Source: an uncultured cyanobacterium
Lineage (GTDB): Bacteria; Cyanobacteriota; Cyanobacteriia; Cyanobacteriales; Nostocaceae
Assembly: GCA_963706595.1 (NCBI GenBank)
Contig: OY970166.1
Coordinates: 2,720,001 to 2,784,000, forward strand
Length of the DNA stretch: 64,000 nt
Reading direction: 5' to 3'
Numbering within the stretch: the first letter of the stretch is position 1; each line of letters opens with the position of its first letter. The position numbers and the translations under genes were made by a program. Below the pieces are notes generated by a model. That model saw nothing but the letters and a program-made list of their open reading frames with translations, was not told the origin of the DNA and made no database searches. Below are positions 1 through 11,027 of the stretch, piece by piece.

Positions 1-66
1 CGTGGGATCTATCCATAGCTCCGAAAATTCCCAATTATCTACTAGGTTTTGTGCGTGGGATAACAT
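1..66 (-). CDS. 5' part of a small gene running off the window edge; possible immunity/antitoxin partner
   Basis: Manual translation: ATG at 66 gives MLSHAQNLVDNWEFSELWIDPT, open to the edge; overlaps the last 32 nt of the 35..367 ORF. Confidence 0.55.
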   Translation of the reverse strand, partial: MLSHAQNLVDNWEFSELWIDPT

Positions 67-367
67 GGTATTTGTTTCCTTTTACTTTCATTTCAGCATA
101 ATAAAGTGGGATTTTACCGCCATCAATACTGAGACGATATCCAATTGGTTCGTCAAAGTATAATCCATAGCGTTCATGTCCGCGAATCATCCCTGTAAAT
201 TCTCCTTGCTCTCTGATTGCTTGAGCAACTATATATATTGTCGCTTCATCAATAAATATATGAGCGCTTCCTTCTTTTTGCAGTAGCTGTTGCATTTGAG
301 GAGTATCTGGGAGATGCTTGGCAACGTGTTTAGTGTCGAGAGTTAGTTCACGGTCAATTAAACTCAT
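35..367 (-). CDS. small hypothetical protein, possibly an Ntox50-like RNase toxin
   Basis: 110 aa; N-terminal KH, central FDEPIG and C-terminal HVIP resemble Ntox50 motifs. Confidence 0.6.
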   Translation of the reverse strand: MSLIDRELTLDTKHVAKHLPDTPQMQQLLQKEGSAHIFIDEATIYIVAQAIREQGEFTGMIRGHERYGLYFDEPIGYRLSIDGGKIPLYYAEMKVKGNKYHVIPRTKPSR

Positions 368-534
368 TCAAAGCAGGTTTACACATAATTGAGAAAGTTC
401 GTTAAAGAATTTATCAGCGATCGCTTACTCATATACTAAATTTTACAAACCATACCTGGCTGCAATTAGCAATACTCATGAGCAAATCACCCCTTAACAT
501 GAGATGCTGGTTGATGATTGGAGAGTATTTGCAG

Positions 535-1476
535 ATGTCTGTTATTTCTAGTATCACTGTTACCGTTCCTGCCACTACAGCTAACTTGGGGCCTGGTTTT
601 GACTGTATCGGTGCAGCCTTAACGCTGTACAACAAGTTTAAATTCACTCGCCTCGATGAAGGTGGATTAATTATTGATGTCACAGGTGCAGAAGCTGAAC
701 GGGTGCAAACCGATGAAAGTAATCTGCTGTATCAGGCTTTTGTCAAGTTATATCAATATATAGGACAAACACCGCCATCGGTAAAAATGGAAATTCAGCT
801 TGGTGTACCCTTAGCGAGAGGTTTGGGTAGTTCAGCTACAGCGATTGTCGGCGGTTTAGTGGGTGCTAATCAACTAGCGGGTGCGCCTTTGACTCAATTA
901 CAGGTGATGGAATTAGCGATCGCAATGGAAGGACATCCTGATAATGTAGTACCAGCCCTATTGGGGGGATGTCGTCTCGCTGCTACCAGTGCTGATAATT
1001 GGGAAATTTGCGATATTCCCTGGAATGAAAATATTGTCCCAGTCCTAGCTATTCCTGATTTTGAGCTTTCCACCAGTGAAGCACGGCAAGTTTTACCCAC
1101 TCAAGTCAGTCGTGCAGATGCAATTTTCAACACAGCGCATCTGGGGTTATTGTTGCGCGGTTTGCAAACAGGTAAGGGAGAATGGTTAAGCACAGCTTTA
1201 CAAGATAGATTGCATCAACCATATCGCCAAGCTTTGATTCCTGGTTACGATGCTGTAAATGCAGCTGCAATGAAAGCTGGTGCTTATGGCATGGTAATTA
1301 GTGGTGCAGGTCCGACACTGTTAGCTTTAGTAGATAAGTTGCATTCCCAGGCTGTAGAAGCCGCGATGTTATCAGCTTGGCAATCAACCGGAATTACAGC
1401 CACAGTGCGATCGCTTTCTCTGGATACCCAAGGTGCAAGCCATAGCACAAGTCAAAAGTCAAAAGTCAAAAGTTGA
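535..1476 (+). CDS. thrB: homoserine kinase
   Basis: [29 protein letters not shown] and ISGAGPT motifs; likely start ATG 535. Confidence 0.97.
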   Translation: MSVISSITVTVPATTANLGPGFDCIGAALTLYNKFKFTRLDEGGLIIDVTGAEAERVQTDESNLLYQAFVKLYQYIGQTPPSVKMEIQLGVPLARGLGSSATAIVGGLVGANQLAGAPLTQLQVMELAIAMEGHPDNVVPALLGGCRLAATSADNWEICDIPWNENIVPVLAIPDFELSTSEARQVLPTQVSRADAIFNTAHLGLLLRGLQTGKGEWLSTALQDRLHQPYRQALIPGYDAVNAAAMKAGAYGMVISGAGPTLLALVDKLHSQAVEAAMLSAWQSTGITATVRSLSLDTQGASHSTSQKSKVKS

Positions 1477-1500
1477 CCCTGAGCGTAGCCGAAGGGTCAA
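1450..1500. repeat. (AGTCAAA)n heptamer repeat plus SDR-like palindrome CCCTGAGCGTAGCCGAAGGG
   Basis: Seen directly; inverted copy with one mismatch at 39569..39588. Confidence 0.8.
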
Positions 1501-1585
1501 AAGTGAAATGCTTGCTGTGAATTGGTTTTAGATTTTTATCATGTCCTCAGCGCCCTGTCTGTTGCTCTACCAAGGATAAACCGTA

Positions 1586-2098
1586 ATGATTAACCAAATT
1601 CATACAGAAATCACCACCCTCAACTCAGAAATTCAGGCACTCCAGCAAGAACGGGCTACCCTGAGTATTAATAATGTCTTATCTGGCAAGAATGATTCAC
1701 CTTCAGCAATGGTAGAAGCTTGTCGCCGTCAAGCCAGAGAAAATGCCCAATTATCTATAGAACTTAAGGGTATAGACGATGCGATCGCCGCGCTGGAAAT
1801 ACAGCGACAATACAAACAAGCTGAATTAGAACATTGGCAAAAACAATCCCAACAACTTACCCAAGAGCAAGAATTAGAACAAGCCAGAGAAGTAGCTCAG
1901 GTTCATGCCCAACGCATTAATCAACTAGCAGCAGAACTATCTACAGAAATCCGTCTACTAAAATCTTGCGCTGATTATTTGAGTCCCATGTATTGGCACG
2001 TCTACTACAAGCCCTTTATTACTGGGTTTAAAACTATCTCAGTTCCCTATGTGCGCTCAGATGGGGAAGTCTGGTCAATTGTCAATCGGATTGTTTGA
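1586..2098 (+). CDS. hypothetical coiled-coil protein
   Basis: 170 aa, Q/E/L heptad-rich; AAGGA upstream. Confidence 0.8.
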   Translation: MINQIHTEITTLNSEIQALQQERATLSINNVLSGKNDSPSAMVEACRRQARENAQLSIELKGIDDAIAALEIQRQYKQAELEHWQKQSQQLTQEQELEQAREVAQVHAQRINQLAAELSTEIRLLKSCADYLSPMYWHVYYKPFITGFKTISVPYVRSDGEVWSIVNRIV

Positions 2099-2180
2099 AA
2101 TTGTTCCTATCTGTCCAAAACGCTGATAATAATAACTTGAATTGGTGACTTTAGTCACTTTTTTTATATATATTTTTGTA

Positions 2181-2209
2181 TTGACGTTGCAAAAGTTTAC
2201 AACTAGAAT
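2181..2209 (+). promoter_or_regulatory. putative sigma70-type promoter of ndhD
   Basis: TTGACG-17 nt-TAGAAT. Confidence 0.55.
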
Positions 2210-2350
2210 GGTTTTGAGAGGAATTGGTGAGTATTTATTCCTATAATTTTCTGCAAAAGTGGATATTAGGGACAAATAATATTTACAAAAGTACAAATTC
2301 CTTAATATAATGAAATCATAACCAAAAAGGTAAATCAATTGTCAGAACTG

Positions 2351-3964
2351 ATGAATGCTATTGAATTTCCCTGGCTGTCAGCCATAATTTTATTGCCCTT
2401 GGTGGCTGCCTTAGCCATCCCTTTCATCCCAGATAAAGAAGGAAAGACCGTAAGATGGTATGGTTTGGGAGTGGCGATCGCCGATTTTGCACTGATAATT
2501 TCTGCCTTTTGGTATAGCTACGACTTCCAAAACCCCACACTGCAACTCGTAGAAAACTATGCTTGGGTTCCCCAATTAGGTTTAAATTGGTCAGTCGGTG
2601 TTGATGGTTTATCAATGCCCTTACTTTTATTAACCGGCTTAATTAACACACTCGCAATCTTCGCGGCATGGAAAGTCACCACTAAGCCGCGATTGTTTTA
2701 TGCGTTGATGTTGGTGATGTACAGCGCCCAGATAGGCGTATTTGTCGCCCAAGACTTGCTATTGTTCTTCCTAATGTGGGAAATCGAGTTAGTACCTGTG
2801 TATTTGCTAATTTCCATCTGGGGAGGACAAAACCGCCGTTACGCAGCCACTAAATTTATTCTCTATACAGCCGCAGCCTCAATATTTATCTTGGTAGCTG
2901 GTTTTGCAATGGCATTCTCAGGAGATACCGTCACCTTTGACATGGCAACTCTGGGAATGAAACAATACCCCAAAGCCTTAGAATTATTAACTTATGCAGG
3001 TTTCTTGATTGCCTTCGGTGTGAAGATGCCCATCTTCCCCTTACACACTTGGCTACCTGATGCCCACGGAGAAGCATCTGCACCTGGTTCCATGATTTTG
3101 GCTGGTGTGTTGTTAAAAATGGGTGGTTATGCACTCATCCGCTTCAACGTTGAAATGTTGCCTAACGCCCATGTTTACTTTGCCCCAGTCCTAGCAGTAT
3201 TAGGTGTAGTTAACATTGTCTACGGTGCTTGTTGCGCCTTTGCCCAAACAAATCTTAAACGCCGCTTGGCTTACTCTTCAATTGCCCACATGGGATTTGT
3301 CTTAATTGGGATTGCATCTTATACAGAGATTGGGATTAGCGGTGCTGTATTACAGATGGTTTCCCACGGTTTGATTGCTGCTAGCTTATTCTTCTTATCT
3401 GGTGTAACTTACGAACGTACCCACACCTTGATGATGGACAAAATGGGTGGTATGGCGAAAGTAATGCCCAGAACCTTCGCAGTATTTACAATTGGTGCAA
3501 TGGCTTCTCTGGCTTTACCCGGAATGAGTGGCTTTGTGGGTGAGTTGATGGTGTTCCTCGGTATCGCCTCCAGCGATGTTTACAGTTCCAGCTTCAAAAT
3601 TGTAGTCATCGTGTTGTCGGCGGTTGGTGTGATTTTAACTCCAATTTACTTACTATCAATGCTGCGCCAAGTATTCTACGGTGAACAAAATGCAGAATTA
3701 CATCTAGATACTGTCATCGCTGACATCAAACCCCGTGAATTGTTTATCACCGCTTGTTTGATCATTCCCATCATCGGTATCGGTTTCTATCCCAAGTTGG
3801 TTACGCAGACTTACGATGTGAAAGCAGTAGAATTAGCAGCCCATGCGCGTCAAGTCCTGCCAGTTTTCGCACGTCAGCAACCTGCAAGTCTTTACTCGAC
3901 TATCTTCACTACACCAACCTTAGCTTCATCTCAAGTTGATACTTTAGTTAATCTCTCAGAATAA
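2351..3964 (+). CDS. ndhD: NAD(P)H-quinone oxidoreductase subunit 4 (NdhD1/D2 type)
   Basis: FPWLSAII N-terminus, [27 protein letters not shown]. Confidence 0.95.
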   Translation: MNAIEFPWLSAIILLPLVAALAIPFIPDKEGKTVRWYGLGVAIADFALIISAFWYSYDFQNPTLQLVENYAWVPQLGLNWSVGVDGLSMPLLLLTGLINTLAIFAAWKVTTKPRLFYALMLVMYSAQIGVFVAQDLLLFFLMWEIELVPVYLLISIWGGQNRRYAATKFILYTAAASIFILVAGFAMAFSGDTVTFDMATLGMKQYPKALELLTYAGFLIAFGVKMPIFPLHTWLPDAHGEASAPGSMILAGVLLKMGGYALIRFNVEMLPNAHVYFAPVLAVLGVVNIVYGACCAFAQTNLKRRLAYSSIAHMGFVLIGIASYTEIGISGAVLQMVSHGLIAASLFFLSGVTYERTHTLMMDKMGGMAKVMPRTFAVFTIGAMASLALPGMSGFVGELMVFLGIASSDVYSSSFKIVVIVLSAVGVILTPIYLLSMLRQVFYGEQNAELHLDTVIADIKPRELFITACLIIPIIGIGFYPKLVTQTYDVKAVELAAHARQVLPVFARQQPASLYSTIFTTPTLASSQVDTLVNLSE

Positions 3965-4249
3965 ACATAATACCCAATCAGGGTATTGCCAATAAATTCT
4001 AAATATGAGGGTTCTATAGGGGTGGTTATAAAACCACCCTTAAAATTTTTTCTTAATCAAAGGCTTGTAGTGAGGACTTTAGTCCTCTCTATCTACTCTC
4101 GGAAACGTTACGCAAACAAATAAGGAATAAATTTCGATTATTTTATTATTTGACACTGCTTAACCAATAATTCATTAATGGTAAAAGCCCCCAGATTTAT
4201 CTTTGGGTTCAATCTAAAATCTAAAATCCAAAATCCAAAATTGTTTGAC

Positions 4250-5476
4250 TTAATTATTCCAAATCATAGTCGGATTATTTACACCATACTGTACTAATCT
4301 CTTTTTGACTTGATTTTGAGTTTGTACGGGTAAATATTTCCCTACTACACCCATTATTTTATCTGATTCTACGGGTTTAGACATAAAATCTGTTGCACCG
4401 ACCACCTTAGCTCGGACTCGATCTAAAAGACCATCGTTTCCCGTTAAAATAACTATAGGTGTGTTGCTAAAAGCTGAAATTCGGCGCAACTGAGTACAAA
4501 TTTCATAACCATTAGCAATCGGCATAATCAAATCTAAAAAAATCAGGTCTGGCTTATTTTGAATCAAGATGGGTAAAGCTTGTATAGCATCTTGAACTTT
4601 GAGAAATCTCAGTCCATGTGGGACGATAATTTCTTCTAAAGTCTTACAAATCTGAGGACTATCATCTACGCAAGCTATCAGTGGCGCAGTTGATGTTCTA
4701 GCTTGGGTGGAAACGGAATTATTCTTGACTTCTGTCAATGAGATAGGCGTATCAGGTACTTCTACCAGTTCAATAATCCCTGTGATCATATAGGGAACCA
4801 ATGAACGGGTGAGAGGGACAATACTCTGCTTTAGTTTCGCTGCTAAATCTCGCAGAGTGTATTTACCATTGAGCAAATTTACAAACTTTTTATAGACAGA
4901 TTCACTTACATGATGGGCGAGTTGTTCTGGTTTCCGCAAAAGTGGCGCTAAGTCGGGAGAAAAATTAGCCAAACCAGCTTCTGACCAAATTTTCCACGAG
5001 TCTTGCATTTGTTTCATGAAGACATCCGCAATCGTGAAACTTACTGGTGTGTCTATGATCACTTCCTGAGTGCGATCGCAACTTACAGCCACAAAATTTG
5101 TTTGTTGAGCTAAATCAAACAACAGTTCCGCTATTGTGTTTTCTATAATAGAGTGAATTTGTTGTCGTTGAATTTGCTGTTTTTTATACAGAATTTCCAG
5201 GATGTGATAATCCCAGCAATTGATTTCTACGTCTTCTCTACGTAAATTCAACTTATCTATATCAATTTGGGGGCAGTATTGAGCCATATTTCGCCGCCAG
5301 CGCCGGAAAGGGTGGCTTCCTCCATCCGCCCAAACTATCCGTCCTAGACGATAATAGAAAGTCCATTGGTGTCCTTTGGTACTTCTAACCTTTAGACAGC
5401 CATTGTATTGCAGTTGAGTACAAGTTTTCAACTCATCAAGTATATTATTCGACATCATCAGTTCCGAGTGGATCAT
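4250..5476 (-). CDS. PatA-family response regulator (PATAN-like N-terminus plus receiver domain)
   Basis: N-terminal GxLxV..W.FY..GRIVWA; C-terminal REC with VDDS, FLDLIMP, SKP. Confidence 0.88.
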   Translation of the reverse strand: MIHSELMMSNNILDELKTCTQLQYNGCLKVRSTKGHQWTFYYRLGRIVWADGGSHPFRRWRRNMAQYCPQIDIDKLNLRREDVEINCWDYHILEILYKKQQIQRQQIHSIIENTIAELLFDLAQQTNFVAVSCDRTQEVIIDTPVSFTIADVFMKQMQDSWKIWSEAGLANFSPDLAPLLRKPEQLAHHVSESVYKKFVNLLNGKYTLRDLAAKLKQSIVPLTRSLVPYMITGIIELVEVPDTPISLTEVKNNSVSTQARTSTAPLIACVDDSPQICKTLEEIIVPHGLRFLKVQDAIQALPILIQNKPDLIFLDLIMPIANGYEICTQLRRISAFSNTPIVILTGNDGLLDRVRAKVVGATDFMSKPVESDKIMGVVGKYLPVQTQNQVKKRLVQYGVNNPTMIWNN

Positions 5477-5876
5477 ACGTAGTTTGTTCCTTTAATTAAC
5501 ACATCAGCCCTTCAAACCCTCAAACTAGCTATATAGCTGTTGCTAAATACTCGAAACCTTTGATTTATCGTTGAGAATTAGAGTGACTGCGATAACTTAT
5601 GTTAACTATTGTAAATATCTATGGATATAATCATAACCGTATAAACACTATGTTCATGTGAAAGTTAGATAAACTTATGGGACTTACACATTGGCATTAC
5701 CACAAAATGAGGAATCTCATGAGTGATGATCAGTGGTTTGTTTTAGATTTAAGTCAGGTTTAGTAGATAGAAAATTTTAACCCGTGAGAGTTTTAAGCAT
5801 ACATTATGGGCAAACTAACCTAGTGGTCAAATTGACTCGGCACTACTAGGTAAAAATCGGCTAGGACAACACCATA

Positions 5877-5993
5877 ATGTACCAATCTATTAATCTTGCT
5901 CAATCAAGAGATGCTAATATCGCTTCTAAAATGCCCTTCCAACATCAGATTGAGGCGTTTGAAGCCCTTAATAAAACATTAATGGCTACTTAA
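5877..5993 (+). pseudogene. 38-codon stub resembling the N-terminus (Q motif) of a DEAD/DEAH helicase
   Basis: Manual translation MYQSINLAQSRDANIASKMPFQHQIEAFEALNKTLMAT*. Confidence 0.4.
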
Positions 5994-6177
5994 ACATAAA
6001 TCCAAACTTCTTAGTTTCATTCAAAATGAACTAGGTTATCATGTGTATAATATCAAGATTATTGTGAGCGTTCAGCCTTCGCCAAAGAATTATTAACTCT
6101 CGGAGGCTTTAAATTAATCCTGCCCAGAACAGGCAAGATACCTGTTCCACAAACACCCATTAAAAAGGCATAAAAAA

Positions 6178-6210
6178 GCGGGCTAACCGCTAATGAAGTG
6201 GTTAACCCGT
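6178..6210 (-). terminator. probable intrinsic terminator of the ycf46/ycf35 operon
   Basis: GCGGGCTAACC..GGTTAACCCGT stem; the adjacent plus-strand A run reads as a U tract on the minus strand. Confidence 0.6.
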
Positions 6211-6238
6211 TCAGCTTTGGGAACGCGCTGAGAAAATT

Positions 6239-6589
6239 CTATTGCAATACCAATTTGACATTGGCGTTTTGCAGACCGCGCTGTTTTACTTCAGACAAGG
6301 TTTTGTTAACTGCATACTTTTGGTTGATGGAGTTGATCAACTCGGTCTGATTGTGCTTCTTAGCAACGCCCCACAGGTCAGCGATGAGGTCAAAGGAACC
6401 ATCGCTATTGCGAGACCAACCTAGATCATATTCACCTTCCAAAACAGCTACGATGTCTGAACGAACGCGCTGACCATTGTAACCACGAACATCCGCTTCA
6501 GTCTTCACGCTTATACCTAAGTCGCGCAAAGAAGACTTGAGGATCTCAGCATCGGTGATTTTGGTACGCAGTGTGCTAAAATGAGACAT
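6239..6589 (-). CDS. ycf35: Ycf35 / DUF1257 family protein
   Basis: MSHFSTLRTKI start; VRGYNGQ; follows ycf46. Confidence 0.85.
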   Translation of the reverse strand: MSHFSTLRTKITDAEILKSSLRDLGISVKTEADVRGYNGQRVRSDIVAVLEGEYDLGWSRNSDGSFDLIADLWGVAKKHNQTELINSINQKYAVNKTLSEVKQRGLQNANVKLVLQ

Positions 6590-6731
6590 TTGGGTTTCCT
6601 CCAGTGAGAAGAGTGAGAAAAAAGACAACGGTTTTTTTTCGGGAAGCCGCGCTGATGGAAATGCGGCTTTTTCTCTTAGCTGCTAGCTTTTGGGGCTAGC
6701 CTTTGCCCCTGGTATTAGCAGGGGAAAGCTT

Positions 6732-8243
6732 TTAAAACTCCATGCGCTGATATTCAGCGACGGAGGCTGCGGCGGGTCGTGCGCGCTGTCTGGCCCAATC
6801 TCTCAGGGCTGTTACCTGTTCTTGCATGGTACGTGACAACGGCAGAGTTGCTTTGAGTGCAGCAATAATATCTAATTGGGTGAACTCGCGGTCTTGGGCG
6901 AAGGCTTCATACATTGCCGCCACAAGTGCTTGTTCAATTTCTGCCCCAGAGAAGCCGTCAGACATCTTGGCTAATTGCTCAAGGTCGAATCGGGAAATGT
7001 CTTCACGACGTTTGGTGAGGTGGATATTATATATATCCTGCCTTTCTTCGGCTGTGGGCAGATCCACAAAGAAAATTTCGTCAAAGCGTCCTTTCCTCAG
7101 AAACTCTCCAGGCAAGCGTTCGACTCGGTTCGCAGTTGCCATGACAAATACGGGAGATTTCTTGTCTTGCATCCAAGTTAGGAAAGAACCAAAGATTCTA
7201 CTTGATGTACCACCATCAGAATCAGATGAACCTGAGCTACCTGCAAAGGATTTATCTAATTCGTCTATGAACAGAATCGCTGGAGAGATGGATTCTGCTG
7301 TTTTTAGGGCGTTACGTAGATTGGCTTCACTTCGTCCCACCATTGAGCCGTCATATACTCGTCCCATGTCTAGGCGTAGTAATGGCAAACCCCACAGTCG
7401 GGAGGTAGTTTTGGCAATTAGTGACTTACCACAACCAGGAACACCAAGTATTAACATTCCTTTGGGTTGAGGCAAACCATACTCTCTAGCCCTTTCTGTA
7501 AAGGCATTAGAGCGCTGTTTCAGCCACCTTTTTAGTTCTTCTAAGCCACCTACAGCATCAATGGTTGCATCTTCTTCGATGTATTCTAAAATACCATTGC
7601 GCCGAATGAGTTGCTTTTTCTCAGATAGAACTATATCTACTTCATCCTCCGTCAAGCGTCCAGTTGTTACCTGTGCTTTACGGTATACTTTCTCGGATTC
7701 ATCTTTAGTTAAACCTAAAGCTGCTCTGAGAAGCTTTTCTCGCGCCTCGGTTGTCAGCCGTCTGCCTCGATTTTGCTCTAAATGGTAGGTTAAAACTTTG
7801 TTTAACTCCGCCATGTCTGGCAATTGGAAGTCAAGAACGACAACTTCTTTCTCTAATTCAATGGGAACTTGCTGCATGGGTGACATCAAAATGATGTTTT
7901 TCTGCATTCCCTTAAAACTAGCGATCGCATCACGTAAGGATCTCGTTGTAGCAGGCGCATCAATAAACGGATGTAAATCTTTAAGAATAAATATACCAGG
8001 TTCTTTCTGCCGGATGATCCACTCAATCGCAGCCTCCGGCGAAACAGTGTTGTGTTGGGTGACGTTCCGGGGTTGCCCATGTTCCACGATGCCGTGAGTT
8101 ACTGTCCAGACGTAAACGCGGCGTTGGGGCTTTAATAATTGGGCGATTGTGGAAATTGCCTGTTCCGCCCGTTCTTCCTCGGAGGTCACAAGGTAGATTA
8201 GAGGATATTGAGCTTGAATTAAGATATTGAGCTCTTCTTTCAT
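6732..8243 (-). CDS. ycf46: Ycf46 stress-responsive AAA+ ATPase
   Basis: GVPGCGKS Walker A, LFIDELDK Walker B, RKGRFDEIFF. Confidence 0.9.
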   Translation of the reverse strand: MKEELNILIQAQYPLIYLVTSEEERAEQAISTIAQLLKPQRRVYVWTVTHGIVEHGQPRNVTQHNTVSPEAAIEWIIRQKEPGIFILKDLHPFIDAPATTRSLRDAIASFKGMQKNIILMSPMQQVPIELEKEVVVLDFQLPDMAELNKVLTYHLEQNRGRRLTTEAREKLLRAALGLTKDESEKVYRKAQVTTGRLTEDEVDIVLSEKKQLIRRNGILEYIEEDATIDAVGGLEELKRWLKQRSNAFTERAREYGLPQPKGMLILGVPGCGKSLIAKTTSRLWGLPLLRLDMGRVYDGSMVGRSEANLRNALKTAESISPAILFIDELDKSFAGSSGSSDSDGGTSSRIFGSFLTWMQDKKSPVFVMATANRVERLPGEFLRKGRFDEIFFVDLPTAEERQDIYNIHLTKRREDISRFDLEQLAKMSDGFSGAEIEQALVAAMYEAFAQDREFTQLDIIAALKATLPLSRTMQEQVTALRDWARQRARPAAASVAEYQRMEF

Positions 8244-8333
8244 ACAATCGACCTACTTGAGACCTTATACAGTAAAGACATCGTTTGTTGGTTGTGGCAA
8301 CCGAATCATGAACTGTTCATTCATCATTCTTAC

Positions 8334-8678
8334 CTAGCAAGGAACCAATTCTTCCTCACCCTTGGGATGAGTTTCATCTTTTTCCATCTCGTCAATGGAT
8401 AGATGCTCTGGGATTATTCCTGCTTGACTGCTCATGGCAATCAGTTCCCCATCACGTAAGACTAATGAACTCTCACACTCTGGACAGGAGTAAATTCGAT
8501 GCGTTCGTCCATAAGCAGAAGCTTCAACTTCCTCAACTAGTTCTGAGTTAGCTAGGTAGAAGACTAGGGCGCGTTCGGCAAGCTCTGACATCGGTTCTGA
8601 ATCAATAGCTGAACGAATCTTCAGTTTTTTGTGAAGTTCTGGCGACAGATATAAAGTAACCTTTTGCTTAGTTTGCAT
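8334..8678 (-). CDS. conserved hypothetical protein, ribbon-helix-helix-like with CxxC; first gene of the ycf46 operon
   Basis: KVTLYLSPELHKKLK..MSELAERAL; CPEC. Confidence 0.8.
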   Translation of the reverse strand: MQTKQKVTLYLSPELHKKLKIRSAIDSEPMSELAERALVFYLANSELVEEVEASAYGRTHRIYSCPECESSLVLRDGELIAMSSQAGIIPEHLSIDEMEKDETHPKGEEELVPC

Positions 8679-8714
8679 ATAACTCTTTGACGGCCTTACC
8701 CGGGTATGTATATT

Positions 8715-8743
8715 ACGTTATCGGTTATTTTGTGAGGTGTCAA
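8715..8743 (-). promoter_or_regulatory. sigma70-type promoter of the ycf46 operon
   Basis: Minus strand TTGACA-17 nt-TAACGT. Confidence 0.6.
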
Positions 8744-8771
8744 GACATTAAAGCGTTTTGACAGCAATATT

Positions 8772-8789
8772 GTTACATTTGTTTACATT
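8772..8789 (+). promoter_or_regulatory. HLR1 (RpaB-binding) direct repeat
   Basis: GTTACATT-TG-TTTACATT matches KTTACAWW-N2-KTTACAWW exactly. Confidence 0.65.
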
Positions 8790-8926
8790 CAGTAATGACA
8801 TAGTGATTGAACTAAGTTATTTATAAAACATTTACCTATTTGTGCTTATGCAACTAACCAGGGTGAAAAATCCGGTAATTTATTGATATAAATCGGTTTA
8901 TCTGGTAAATTTGAAACATAAGTGAC

Positions 8927-9469
8927 TTGAGAAAAAATATAATTATGTCTAGCACTACAGTAAAAACCTGTAGTTTAACACGGCGATTTTATACTAGAAT
9001 TGTAAGACTTAGCGGCAAAACTGCCTTGTTATTGAGTCTGTGGAGTTGTACAGGCAGCAGTTTCCTTGCTCCTAAAGTTACATGGAATACTTATACTAAT
9101 TCGCGTTATGGATTTGAATTTCCATATCCTAGTAATTGGAATACCTTGCCATCTAAGGCAAACAATGATGGAATTGTTTTGGTATCACCAATAAATAATT
9201 ATGTAGAAATTCGGGCATGGGCTGGTTATAAGATACGTGAGTCAATAGAACAAAATAGCAAAATAACGCATAACCCCAACTTTGAAACAGATCAAGGTGT
9301 ATCTGGAGTGCTACTTGTGGAAGTTGACCAGCAAATAAGCTCAATGTCATTGAGTCTAACTAAGGATGAAGTCCAATATTTCTGGCAGGCGCGCAGCCAG
9401 AATGAAGAATTTTCAGATTATTATCATTTGTTTTACTACATCGCCTACCAGTACAGGATTCAGGAGTAG
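8927..9469 (+). CDS. hypothetical exported/lipoprotein with PsbP-like motif; start uncertain
   Basis: LLLSLWSC lipobox-like segment; WNTYTNSRYGFEFPYPSNW. Confidence 0.65.
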   Translation: MRKNIIMSSTTVKTCSLTRRFYTRIVRLSGKTALLLSLWSCTGSSFLAPKVTWNTYTNSRYGFEFPYPSNWNTLPSKANNDGIVLVSPINNYVEIRAWAGYKIRESIEQNSKITHNPNFETDQGVSGVLLVEVDQQISSMSLSLTKDEVQYFWQARSQNEEFSDYYHLFYYIAYQYRIQE

Positions 9470-9620
9470 GAGAAAGTAGAGAAATGGGGAAGCATAGCGA
9501 AAAAATATGATTCCTGATCATCCTCATCTGCCTGATTTCCCAACCCAAAATCACCTATTTTTACAAGAATGATGGTTGAGAGGGTACAGAAACCTGATAG
9601 ATTTAGCTATCAGCGAGTAA

Positions 9621-10787
<1,167 letters not shown>

Positions 10788-11027
10788 ATTCAAGCCTGCT
10801 GGAAACTGTTCGTCATGTCTTAGCACAACATGATGGACAGTTAATTTTTGTTGAGCATCAACTATATATTTTGTGAAGTGGGCATTTTGCCCACTTCTAC
10901 CTAGCAAGGCGGACTTACCACAGAACCTGCGTAAGCAGGATTTGTATGTATAGCCTCAGACTGACAATCTGCGGGTAATTGACTGCAATGTAAAAGAATC
11001 TGGGATTATCTGCTTATCTAGTTTTTT

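Noticed and set aside
478..534. N-terminal extensions in the ORF track (thrB; also rpsE 40579, prfA 49118, gpmI 57097, ycf35 6628)
   Set aside because: Homology starts at downstream ATGs; the rpsE extension is translated STRR repeat
6826..8097. Long plus-strand ORFs (214, 75 and 99 aa) opposite ycf46
   Set aside because: Antisense shadows of a conserved gene, with no recognisable motifs
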